DNA from: Narcine bancroftii
Lineage: Eukaryota
Reading direction: 5' to 3'
Length of the DNA stretch: 64,000 bases
Assembly (NCBI RefSeq): GCF_036971445.1
Contig: NC_091478.1
Span: 80,600,001 to 80,664,000, forward strand
Shown here: positions 25,404 through 36,664 of the stretch, piece after piece
Numbering within the stretch: position 1 is the stretch's first letter
Layout of the letters: each line of letters opens with the position of its first letter
Translations under genes and position numbers: made by a program
Notes under the pieces: model-generated
Database searches by the model: none
The model's input: the letters and a program-made list of their open reading frames with translations, nothing else
What the model was told of the DNA's origin: nothing

Positions 25404-28300
25404 TTACAGGTTGAGCCGATCCAGCAGCCGCCAGGGTCTCTGTGACCATCGGAGGACTGGCTCCTGGTCACTGGTCAGAGGGGAAGTGGGGGTCTGGCGG
25501 CAGGGGTGTGTGTGCCTGGTGTGGTGCCGCGTGGAGGGGTAGCTGGGGGGGTCTGGGATCGATGTATGCGGGTTGTATTGGATGGGTGGGGGAGCGGGTT
25601 CGTCTCCTAAGGCTGAAGCATGCCCCTGGTGGTCAAGGGGGCCCTGCGTGCCCCATAGCTGCCTGAGGACAGGGATGTATGCCCAGTCAGCATCGTCCTG
25701 GGTTGGAGGGTGGCGTGGTGTGGTGGGTGCTCCTGCTGGTGCTAGGTCCTTGGTTGAGACAGTGTCCTCCCTGCCAATGCCGAACCTAACGTAAACGTAG
25801 TTTTGGTTTGCATGAAGGAGGAAAACTTGTTCTACCAGGGCTTCGGCCTTGTGTGTCCGTAAATGTTTATGCAGAAGCACTGGTCCTGGGGACGTGAGCC
25901 ATGCTAGGAGTAATATTCCAGTCGCCGACCTCCTGGGGAATGAGGAAAGGCATTAGTGAGGGGTCTCATTGGTAGCTGTGCAAAGCAGTGACCGAATGGT
26001 ATGGAGCGCCTCAGGCAGGGCGTCCTGCCAGTACTCAACAGCCCACCCTTTTGACCTGAGAGCCAGGAGGATTGCCTTCCAGACCACCCCATTCTCACAT
26101 TCCACTTGCCCATTGCCTCTTGGGTTATAACTTGTCGTGCCCCTCTCCTTCAGGAACTGGCGCACCTCGTCGCTCATGAAACTAGACCCCCGGTCACTGT
26201 GGATAAAGGCGGGGTAGCCAAACATGGTGAAAATCTGTCCCAAGTCCCTGATGACGGTGGCCGTGGAGGTGTTTGGACAAGGGATGGTGAAGGGGAAGCA
26301 TGAGTACTCTTCCACTACCGTGAGGAAGTAGCCATTTCGGTTTGTGGAAGGCAGGGGTCCTTTGAAGTCCATGCCGAGACGCTCAAAAGGCCAAGTAGCC
26401 TTTACAACATGGGCTTGGGGGGACAGAAGAAGTGGGGTTTACACTCCGCACAGACCTGACAGCTTTGGTCATGTCCCTGACATCCCTGATGGTATACGGC
26501 ACATTTTGAGACTTAACGAAATGGTACAACAAGGTGATGCCCGGATGGCAGAGGGACTCGTGCAATGCTTGCAGCCTGTCATCATGCATAGATGCGCAGG
26601 TGCGAGAGAGGGCATCGGGGGAGTCATTAAACTTCCCAGGGCAGTACTGGATGTCATAGCTGTAGGTTGCTAACTCGACTCTCCAGCGCAGGATCTTGTC
26701 GTTCTTGATCTTGCTCTTGTGGGCAGTGTTAAACATGAATGCCATAGCCGGCTGGTCTGTGAGGAGCGTGAATTTCCTGCAAGCCAGGTAGTGGCACCAG
26801 TGGTGGACCACTTCCACAATCGCCTGGGCCTCCTTTTCAATGGCGGAGTGCCCTAGCTCGGAGCTGTGGATGGTCCTGGAGAAGAAGGCGACAGGGCTTC
26901 CCTCTTGGTTAAGGGTAGCAGTGAGGGCCACCTCGAAGGCATCGTTCTCCACCTGGAAGGGGGAGTCCTCATCCACAGCCTGCATTGTGGCGTCCACGAT
27001 GTCTTGCCTGATGCAGATGAAGGCTGTCTGCACCTCAGGTGGGAGGGGAAAAGTTGTGGCTTGGGCCAGTGGCTGGATCTTGTCTGAGAAGCAAGGGACC
27101 CACTGCGAGTAATAAGAGAACAAGCCCAGGTACCTGCGGAGAGCCTTTAGCATGGGGGGAGGGGTAACTCCATTAATGGGTGCATCCTTTCTGGATCTGG
27201 GCCAACGACTCCTTGGGCCACGATGTACCCCAGGATGGTGAGGTGGGTGGTGCTGAACAAACACTTTTCCTTATTGTAAGTGAGGTTCAGCTACCCGGGA
27301 GTCTAGAGGAATTTTTTCAGGTTAGCCTTGTGGTCCTGCTGGTCACGACCGCAGTTAGTGACGTTATCCAGATATGGGAACATTGCCTTCAGCTTGTGCT
27401 GGTCTACCATCCAATCCATCTCCCACTGGAAGACAGAGACACCATTCATGACCCCAAAAGGAACCTGATGGAACTGGTACAGGCGCCCGTCCGCCCCAAA
27501 GGCGGTGTAGGGCTTGCCCTTCGGGTGGATAGGGACTTGGTGATACACCGACTTCAGGTCAATCGTGGAGAAAACCTGGTAGTGGGCTATCTCATTGACC
27601 ATGTCAGCAATCCTCAGCAGGGGTAGGCATCCAGCTGGGTGTACCGATTAATGGTTTGGCTGTAATCCACGACCATCCTTGGCTTACTTCCCCCTTTGAC
27701 CACCAGGATTTGGGCTCTCCAAAGGCTGATACTGGGGTCTATAATGCCTTCCATCAGGAGTCACCGTACATCTGCCTTGTTGAAGTCCCTGTCTGCGGCG
27801 CAATAGCGCCTACTTCTGGCAGTGATCGACTTTCAGCCTTGCGCAAGATATGGAAAGAGTGCCAGTGGAGTGATGTGCAGAGTGGAGAGGCCGCAGGTTG
27901 GCCAGAGCTGGTAGATTGGCGTGCTGTGCAATGTGAGTGGAGGTTGGGGTCCCCCGAAGGCAAGGGTGACACTCTGCAGGTGGCACTGGAAATCCAGGCC
28001 CAGGAGGAGTAGTGTGCAGAGTTTGGGAATGACCTGGAGCCTGAATCCTGTATAAGTCTCCCCTCCCACCATTATATCGACTGAGCTGCAGCTGAGGGTA
28101 CCAATAGTCTTATCCTTGGTGGTGAGGGCGATTGAGCAGGTGGTGGGGTGGACCTTTAACCCTAGGGAGTGGGCCACGCTCTCAGTGCTGCCACTGTTGA
28201 ACAGGCACTTTGTTACCTGCCCGTTGACTAGCACGTCCATCATCGAGTTCCAGAGCTCGTGGGGGATGTACCTGGTCAGCGTGGTGGCAGCCAGGACCAT
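25404..28300 (-). pseudogene. pol: Gypsy pol, frameshifted: protease, RT, RNase H, integrase
   Basis: PR VLVNG..CLFNSGS (catalytic D replaced by N); RT FSTIDLKSVYHQV and FPYLDNV; RH VENDAF..IEKEAQAIV..LLTDQ; IN HESLCHPG, MDFKGPLP, IHSDRGSSF, NGQVECEN. Confidence 0.93.
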
Positions 28301-28742
28301 CTCTGAGTCAGAGTCGTCGCTATCTGGAGGGATGGAGGAGTGTCGATAGGGTGGCCTGGTCGTTGCCCGTGTTGACCACGTCGACATCAGTCATGAGGTG
28401 CACCGTGCGGTAGCCGATGCCCTCCGGAGGTGTGCGGAGCGTGGGTAGGGCGGCCTGGTCATCGCCTGTTGACCATGTTGCCGTCAGTTGCTGACTGCGG
28501 CGTGCGGCAGCTGATGGCATCTGGATGCATGGGGAACGTCGGTAGGGCAGCCTGGTCATCACCCGTGTTGACCACGTCATTCTCAGTGTCGTAGGGGGCC
28601 CTCCATGTTGGGCGCTGCCTGGTCCAAGATGGCAGTGGCACGTGGTGGGCTGCTGCGTGGCTGGCCTCCTTCCCCAGCTGTGTCAACTGCACCGGGGGAA
28701 GTGACATCATCATGGCTTGTGGCAGTGATGTCGTTACATCAG

Positions 28743-28758
28743 CCGGAAGTGACGTCAC
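28743..28758 (+). promoter_or_regulatory. Overlapping ETS-CRE motif CCGGAAGTGACGTCAC
   Basis: Exact 16-mer in the CpG-rich gag-pol spacer; function not shown. Confidence 0.5.
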
Positions 28759-28959
28759 ACTGTGAGCTAGCGACGGCAGGGGCTGGGGCAAATGCTCGCG
28801 CCACACACTGCGACGGTCGCTGGTGGGGCTGGATGTTGCGCGATCGAAGTCGGGGAAGGCGGAAGTTGCCGCGGGGACAATTGTGCTGCCTGGCACGCGC
28901 ATGTTGGGCGGTCTGCAGGGGAGGTGGGGAGGTCATAGAGGGCCGCTGAACTGCCGGCA

Positions 28960-29721
28960 GGTTTAGAGAGGCAGACTTTTGCAAAGTGGCCTTTCTTGCG
29001 GCATCGGTAATAATACTGGTTCCTAGCTGGGCAGTTTTGGCGTGATCATCAATCTAACCCACACCAGGACCCACAGTACTTACAAGGGAGCTGGGCACCT
29101 GCTGCAGCGATGTCCTCCTCCCCAGCTCGACCTGGGGCTGCTGCAGCTGCAGTGTGAGAGGGCCATGAGGAAGCCTGGGGGAATCTGGAATCAAAGGCTT
29201 TGACGTGCTGCTGCTTCCAGGGTTTGGACCACTTCCATAGTCCTGGTTAGGGCATAAATGTTGTCTTCCAGCAGCTTCTGCCAGATGGCTCTCGAACGTA
29301 GCCCTCGGACGAAGGTATCCCAGATCAGCCTCTTGACCTTCTCTGCACCTACCCCGGGTTCAGCAGACACAGTTGGGCCAACTCGCGCAAGTGTCCCATG
29401 TAAGACTCGGCCATCTCCCCGGGTTGCTGGGCTTGGGTGTTGAGGAGGTACCTTACACAGACCACATTCATGGGGGAGCTTGTACAAGTTCGAGAGTGTC
29501 CATTGCTCTCTTGTACATGGAGCAGCCTTTGGTTCCTGGAAGGCGCGGGGACCCAGCTTTGACCGGAGTAGGACCAACCTCTTCCGATCAGAGTCCAGGA
29601 TGTGCCCCTCGTGTGCCTCAATGATTGCCTCGACCACATGCTGCCAGATCTCGAAGCATGTCTGAGCCTCCGGGTGGCTTGGGCTGACCTCAAGGCTCCT
29701 TGCGCACAGGAATTTTTCCAT
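28960..29721 (-). pseudogene. gag: Gypsy gag, frameshifted, with a double zinc knuckle
   Basis: ATG at 29721 (MEKFLCARSLEVSP); LIWDTFVRGLRS; CKYCG...CPARNQYYYRCRKKGHFA at ~28980-29085, a Mag-type arrangement. Confidence 0.85.
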
Positions 29722-29752
29722 AGCCGCCGTGGGAAAAATGTGTGAATTAAAT

Positions 29753-30181
29753 TGTGGTGCACTGTTAGCCAGAATCAGACACACACAAAGATAAAGACTG
29801 TACAACAGGCTTTAATCCACAAAGACTTCCACAGAGCCAAGCTGGCTGTGGCTGCAGCAACTCTGAGTGAGGCCTCGGGAGGCCGGCGCAGGTTTATATT
29901 CTGGAGGGTGATTGACCCCCGACCGGGAGGGGCTTGATCCCTTCAGGCCGACTGAATGACAGTCAGCCAGGTATTGTCCTGTCCCCTTACACTCCTGCAG
30001 GTACAGAGGTTGCCCCCTGCAGTAGGCCGGTGGTACACTCCTGCAGGTACAGAGGTTGCCCCCTGCAGTCGGCATGGTACACTCCTGCAGGTACAGAGGT
30101 TGCCCCCTGCAGTCGGCCGGTGGTACACTCCTGCAGGTACAGAGGTTGCCCCCTGCAGTAGGCCGGTGATGTACCACCCCA
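29753..30181 (-). repeat. 5' LTR of the Gypsy element
   Basis: Direct repeat of 25052-25328, lengthened by a U3 tandem array. Confidence 0.93.
29988..30168. repeat. 44-46-bp tandem repeat x4 in the LTR U3
   Basis: TACACTCCTGCAGGTACAGAGGTTGCCCCCTGCAGTAGGCCGGTGG; units start at 29988, 30034, 30078, 30124. Confidence 0.96.
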
Positions 30182-30788
30182 CTCCTCCGACCTGGTAAAC
30201 TCCTCCAACTTTAACAACAACTGTGATAAATTTAGCACTGCTCCTACAAAAGAGATAGCAGAACCTTACCATCTGGTGCTGCATGCCCTGTTTTAACCAT
30301 GGAACAGCTTCGTAGTTCTAAAACTATAGGATCAAAATAATTTTCAAGGCTGGTGAAGCTCTTGCAGAAAAATCTATAGCATGCACAGCTTCAGTCTTAT
30401 CTCCAGCTGATTTCAAACATAATCTCAGAAGTGTGCACTGTGTAAATTAATGTGGTTTGTTGCAGGCTCATTTCCATGTCTGTCCTGTGCTTCGGGTTGA
30501 ATTTTGTCTTTGCCAATGAACTCGAGTTCGGGCTATTCATTCCCTTGCATTATACCCAACATTCCCCAAGGCACCACCAGCCAATTTTGAATGCTTGCTT
30601 ACTGCAAAAGTGCACTGCTTGAATTTGATCATTGCCTTTATGAAATATATGCTGACGGTTCAACATCAGCCAGTTAAACAATAGCAGAAAATATAGTGGA
30701 CAGGGATGCATCTGTTGATTGCACACAAGGCAAGTTTCTTGTTTTGCATGTTACCTGAAGGTGATTGGCTCTCCAGATCTTGAGTGAA

Positions 30789-31375
30789 AACACAGAAGTC
30801 TGCAGACACTATGATTACAGTAAAAAAACACCAAAATGCTGGAGGAGCTCAGCTGGTCTTTTTAGCATCTATAGGAGACAAAGATATATTGTCAATGTTT
30901 CGGGCCTGAGCCCTTCTTCAAGGAATAAGCCCTAAGAAGGAAATCTCAGAAAGTATCAGAATTCAAACAATGCTGGCTGGGGGAAGAATCCAGACCAACA
31001 AAAGGTGTTGATTGGAAATGATAAAGGACGAGGTAAGAATTTATCTTGCTTGTGAGAAAATGAAAAGGAGAGACAGAGATAGGGAAAGGCAAAAGGGGAA
31101 GGAGGGTGGGGTTTAACGAAAGCTAGAGAAGTCGATATTAATGCCATCAGGTTGGAGGGTGCCCAGTTGGAAGATCTGGAGCCATTCCTCCAATTTATAG
31201 GTGATCTCAGTGTGCCAGTGCATGAGATCATGAACAGACGTGTCAGTAAGGGAATGGGATGGAGAACCGAAATGGGTGGCCTCTGGGAGATCCATGCTAT
31301 TGCAGCAAACAGAGCCCTGGTTGACCAGATGTTGAGTACATTCCCTGAGGAAGAAGCCAAGGTCCTGAACTCCAC
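30789..31375 (-). mobile_element. Penelope-like element 3' fragment (GIY-YIG C-terminus and terminal repeat)
   Basis: ORF 31113-31379(-) YKLEEWLQIFQLGTLQPDGINIDFSSF; hammerhead-like core at 30891-30923. Confidence 0.85.
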
Positions 31376-32049
31376 CCAATGCCAGATATTATTCAACAAC
31401 CACTTCAAGAACATCAATGCCACATGTGTCAGCTTCAAATTAAGAACTGTAAAATTATATTGGAAGAAACATGCTTTAAAATTAGGTACTTGGATGATTT
31501 TACCTAGTACATATGCTGAGCATGTTCTAAATTATTTTCATATGGAAGTTATTCTGTAAAAATTACATAATAAAGACATTGCTTTGAAGTTTTTCAATAA
31601 TTATTGAAAAGCTGTCACCAGTTTGGTCTGAGATTGAGAGCTGTTCCTTCTTATGCACATTGGCTCTTATTTTAAAGTATCACTGAAAGGAGTGTTAGAA
31701 TTGTTCGTACCCTTTGTAAACTTCAGAAATTATATGTCCATCTGACCTGTATAAATGTCATATTTTTGGGGAAGAAACTTTGCACGTCAATATTACTCTC
31801 TCACAGGATTACACCCTGTCACACCTGTTCACAGTTTATCAACCAAAAACCAATGAACTATTTAACTAAAGACAGACGGGTGACTGCAGATGCTGGTGTC
31901 TGAAGCAATAATCTGGATATCTCCCCTGTGCACTCACAGTTTTGATGAAGTGTTCCAGCCCAAAGATTCTTTTTTTTTCATTCTCCCACTGATCCTGCTC
32001 GACCTGCTGATCTGGTAGGTTATTTGTTGCTCAATATATATTTAAACTG

Positions 32050-32520
32050 GTACAGCAGAAAAATGTCATCTGATTGCACAAGTACAACCCGACGAAACAG
32101 TGTTCTCTGGTTCTCGATGCAAAATATGGAGACACACAACCAGACATAACACACATGCAGACAAACAATACATATACACAGCAAGTATTTTATCTCTACA
32201 AATAAATATTGTTTTGTACACATGAGATTATCAGATGGTTAGTGTGAGAAGTTCCTTTGGTCGTTCAGCGTTCTCACTTCCCACGGGAAGAAACTGACCC
32301 TCAGCCTGGTGGTGCTGGCTCTCATACTTCTGTATCTCTTCCCCGTTGAGAGCAACTGAAAGTTGCTGGGTGCGGGATGGAAGAGGTCCTCAATGATTTT
32401 GCGTGCCTTCTTTAGACAATGATCCAGATAGACCACATTGATTGTGGTGGGGAGGGAGACTCCCGTGCACCCCTCTGTCACTCTTACGATCCTGTGAATT
32501 ATCCACCGATCCATTTCTCT
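32050..32520 (-). mobile_element. Rex1/Babar LINE 3' end
   Basis: KKARKIIEDLFHPAPSNFQLLSTGKRYRSMRASTTRLRVSFFP. Confidence 0.88.
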
Positions 32521-33236
32521 GTTAAATATAACAGGATAAAAAATTTTGAGTCTCTTTTTGTATCCTGAAACCCAATAGAAAAATATTATGTGACTTCAAT
32601 AAATTGGAGCATTGAGTTTTGTGGGTTTCTTTTGGGTCCCAAATGCATCACCAAATATGTGTTTATGAACAAGAGAATTCTTGGTTGTTTCATATTTGTA
32701 ACCACACTGTCATTACCACTGATACAGTATCAACTATGATAATTACCATTATGACTTAAAGTTAAGTACACCAGACATTTGTCTGTTCTAAGGGGAAAAA
32801 ACATTAAGTTGGCTTAGGCTGATTGTTGAAACTTGGTTTCCTATATTCAGCTTGGTTTGATTTGGCTTGCTTTCATGTTAAATGTGAAAGAATTTGTGGT
32901 TAGAACAGAATATGTTTTGGTGATGAAGTCCACTGTCATACATGTCCTTGAATGGCAAAAAACATGAAAATTATTTGCATCACTTACCAAGAAAGTACAT
33001 GTATCTGTTGAAATGTTTATGATGCGACAAAGGCATTTTAAATTATGACTGTGAATAGAGCCAAAAGAAAGCTAAGCTTTTGTAAAAGTAGGTCAGTTTG
33101 AGTAAGAAACTTATTTACCAGGGCAGTGATTCATGGAATACTGTCAATTTTTATTGACTATCCAAACAATGCCTTGACACATCTCTTTCTGAAGAGCATT
33201 GTACTTTCAGGATGCAGAATTTGACTTAGTTACTTC

Positions 33237-33872
33237 CAGGAGTGCAGTGCTGCTGGAGTTCACCGGAGCCCTGCTCCAGCACCTCTTTTGGGGGAAAAAA
33301 AAAGCAAAATATACAGACAGGGAATTTTAACTAGTGGGGAATTGAACAGCGGCCACATATTAAATACAAGCAGGGTCAGCGTCATGCCACCTCGCCCCCC
33401 CCCCCCCCCCCCACCCACCCACCACGCCCCTCAGCCTGCTGAGTTCTTTTCTGGACATACAAGGAACCTGTTTCTTCCACAATCGGTACACCCATCCTCC
33501 TTCCTAGTTCTACCATTTTCTCTCAAATGTACAATGGCAAATACAACATGGCGGCCACCAAGGCCAGGTCTCACGAGTCCTCTTTGTCGGCATTTATTTT
33601 GACACATTTGCCACCCCTGCCATAGGCACTATTCCCTCCACCCTGGTGGCTGGTTCCCTCCACCCCCCACCCCAACCGCGGTTGCCCTAAGGCACCTCTA
33701 TTAGATTTGTACTGATGCCAACTCTGAACATGGGATTTTACGGAAGTAAATGTTGGGGTGGGGGATAGGGAGAGGGAGTGATGGCTAGCAGGGGGAAAAA
33801 ACTAATAACATTAGGCTATTTGATCACTTTTTTGGTGAGCTCTGGCACCTAAAAATTAGCACTGCACCCTTG
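33237..33872. mobile_element. Non-autonomous hAT element
   Basis: 15-bp TIRs CAGGAGTGCAGTGCT / AGCACTGCACCCTTG (13/15); perfect 8-bp TSD GTTACTTC (33229-33236, 33873-33880). Confidence 0.9.
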
Positions 33873-34529
33873 GTTACTTCCAACCGTAATATAAATTGGT
33901 GCCAGTTTATCCATACAGCTTGCTTCTCCATAACCATAGACAAGGATTTGAGATTCACTGCATAGTTGTTAAAGTGAAGAATATTAGTGCTGGAGAAACT
34001 AATAGCTTTTATATCAGTTCAACTCTTCTACTGAATAACCATAAGTAAAGTCCCCTTCTCCAATCAGTACGACATTGTGAGCTGAAAGACTAGTAAGGCT
34101 GGATGTTCTATATGCACCAAAATTCTTGCTTCAGCCAAACAGGTGTAAAATAAAACTCCACTCATATATATTCAATCACTGGACAGAAAGATAATAAATA
34201 TAAAAGATAGATGGGTACTAAATCTACTGAAAGGAGCACGTGTTAATCAATTTGCAAATCCTCCCTCTACTTCACTCTAGGATCCAACAGATTGGTTCAT
34301 CAGTTACTGCAATACTATTTCCATATTTCAACTTCCATGACTGGCAATCAAGCATTTATAATGTCAATGAATATTCTCTAAAATGAAATTGTAAAATATA
34401 CTAAATTATGATTCTCCCTTTGCCAGTGATGAGCATTGATCGTAACAGTGAATAAGACTAAAATTTCCTAAACTTGTCTACTTGACAGTTTTCACAGGGA
34501 ATCTGTTGCCATTCATTCAAAATAGGAGA

Positions 34530-34740
34530 TAATCAGCAGGTCAGGGAGCATCTATGGGGAGAGAAAAGCAGGATTGATGTTTCAAAGAAGTCGACTTTCA
34601 TCATACTGGGAAATAAATCGATATTAAGATGCAGAAAAAGAGGAAGGTGGGAAAGGATAAGAGGGAAAGTCTGTTACAGGCTGCAAGGGAGAAATGTTTA
34701 AATGACAAAAAGGAAGGAAAATGAAAGATGAAATGTTGGT
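34530..34740 (-). mobile_element. Degraded Penelope-like terminal fragment
   Basis: TCAGCAGGTCAGGGAGCATCTATGG...GATGTTTC...TTTCATCA, as in the other Penelope ends. Confidence 0.55.
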
Positions 34741-35454
34741 AAAATTTTTATCCACTGTGGAGAAGCCAAATACGTTCTAGTTAATCACTTGTACATCTTT
34801 CACTTCAGTACATTTTGTTCATAGTTCAACATATGCCACGGGAAAGCCAAGAATTTTTTTTTTGCAGAGTAGTGTGTTTTGCCTCCTACAGTTGTGCCAC
34901 CAACTCATGAATATAAAGAAACAATTCAGTGGCTGTTTTCCAGTTGGTCTTGATTGTATTTATTTACGTTCTTCTCGGATACATCATGTACATGCATGCA
35001 AGAAGGAATATTGACAGAGAATAAAAGTTTAAGGGATATCAGTAAATAAGAGTTAAAAAATGAATATATCATTATAAAATGTTTTTATATCATATTTTTT
35101 CAGAATATAAAAGGCTTAAAGCACAATGAAACACAGGATAAGGGACAGTTGTTACCAAATTATATCAATTTTGTAAACTGTCATAAATTAACTTCGTGGA
35201 TGATCCATTTCTTTTAATGATTGTGACTGTAAAATGAATGATGGTTAAAACTCCAAGATAAGTGTTTACTTTATTCATACCTTGTTTATATCCAACTGAA
35301 CCAGCTAGACAGGGAAATTAAAAATAATTGTGTAATGCTGATTCAGTTGGCCAGAAATGGGATCACACAACATTGTAATTTTCAGTTCTCCACAAGATTA
35401 GACTCTCATCGATGCCACTCAATTAAAGCCTGCCAAAATGTCAAGGGGAGAATG

Positions 35455-36381
35455 GCAAGCTGCACAAAAGCAAACCTTATGTGAATTTAGCTGAAAGTGA
35501 ATTTGGCCATGCTACTGTGACTTATCTTGGTTATGTTGTTGGCCAGGGCATGATGGCGCCTGTTCAGGCGAGAAGTTCAGGTGATTTCTGAGTTTCCCAT
35601 ACTCATGGGTAAGGAACCTATTGGGAATGGTTGGGTATTACAGAAAGTTATGTAAAAAGTATTTTGCTGATATAGCCCTCCTTTGACAAATCTTTTGAAG
35701 AAGGGTGAAAAGTTTGTTTGGACAGAACAATGTCAGGAAGCACTTGATAAACTGAAAGCTATTTTATGTCACCAGCCTGTGCATAAGTCACCTGACTTTG
35801 ATTTATCTGTGTTATAGGGGAATGAGTAGGGGTCATTTTAAGGAGACAGTACTTGGAGAAGCATCCTTTGAAGGGATACTATACTGAAGGGCCTCGTGTG
35901 GTAATAGACAATTTGATTTCTCCCTGTTATAGGGGAATGAGTGTACTGCTCTGTGACTAAAAGGGATTGTCACTTTGAATGGCTGACCTATGAAAAAGTT
36001 CTGAAAGCTTTGTGAGAATCACTTGTCCCCTATGCAAAGAGAAGGGAAGTTTTTATTGCCACTTGTCTGGAAACATCTCAAAATGGATTTTGTGAGTTTA
36101 TAAACAGTCTGTTACCCCGGACTCTCCTATTTACTTCATGAACTTCTTTGCATCAATTTAAAGCATGCGTGTCAAAACTGGATTTTCTGAGACTGAACTT
36201 TCGAGAATTGTGCCTGAGCTGTAGTGGCTTGCAGTATCTCTCACACTCTCACACTTGGGGATGAAGTAGATGAGTTTGAATAAATTAGATAAGGAGGTAT
36301 ATTATTGTTAATCAATAATAAAAAATATTATTTTAAATATAACACTGTCTGGGCTAATTTCTATTGCTGCTGGTACGTAAC
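35455..36381 (+). mobile_element. Second Gypsy remnant: RT/connection fragment plus LTR
   Basis: VNLAESEFGHATVTYLGYVVGQG, LGMVGYYRK, LTNLLKKGEKFVWTEQCQEALDKLK; LTR-like ~35810-36381 ending TCTATTGCTGCTGGTACGTAAC, which resembles the end of the LTR at 50311-51335. Confidence 0.8.
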
Positions 36382-36389
36382 GGGGAGGG

Positions 36390-36664
36390 TGTGATGATAT
36401 AACCACTACACTGGCCGCACTCCTACCAGCCTACTGCAGGGGGCAACCACTGACCTGCAGGTAGGCAACCTGAGAGGCTGGCCTCACCTGACAGCTGTCA
36501 ATCACTGGCACTTATAAAGACTCAAGCCAGCCCCTTTAGGGGACAGTCAGACACATGGAGCCAGCAAAGATACTAAGATTGGTGTACAAAGTTCAAGCTA
36601 ATTAAAGCTTATTGTACAGTCTGTTGTTCTTTGCATCAGAATTATTCCCACAGCAGTGCTCACA
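36390..36664 (+). mobile_element. Solo LTR related to the Mag-like Gypsy LTR
   Basis: TG..CA ends; shares GCCTACTGCAGGGGGCAACC, ATTAAAGC..TGTACAGTC and the CAGTGC..CACA terminus; TATA-like TTATAAA. Confidence 0.8.

Larger units (their letters stand above)
25052..30181 (-). mobile_element. Full-length decayed Ty3/Gypsy (Mag-like) LTR retrotransposon
   Basis: Two TG..CA LTRs, 5-bp TSD CTCCT (25047-25051, 30182-30186), order gag-PR-RT-RH-IN, polypurine tract. Confidence 0.95.

Noticed and set aside
25344-25720. env or chromodomain after the integrase
   Set aside because: Only a Pro-rich integrase tail ending LRWSQRPWRLLDRLNL; no TM segment, signal peptide or chromodomain recognised
29988-30168. 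CRISPR-like array
   Set aside because: Head-to-tail repeats with no unique spacers, inside a eukaryotic LTR; no cas genes
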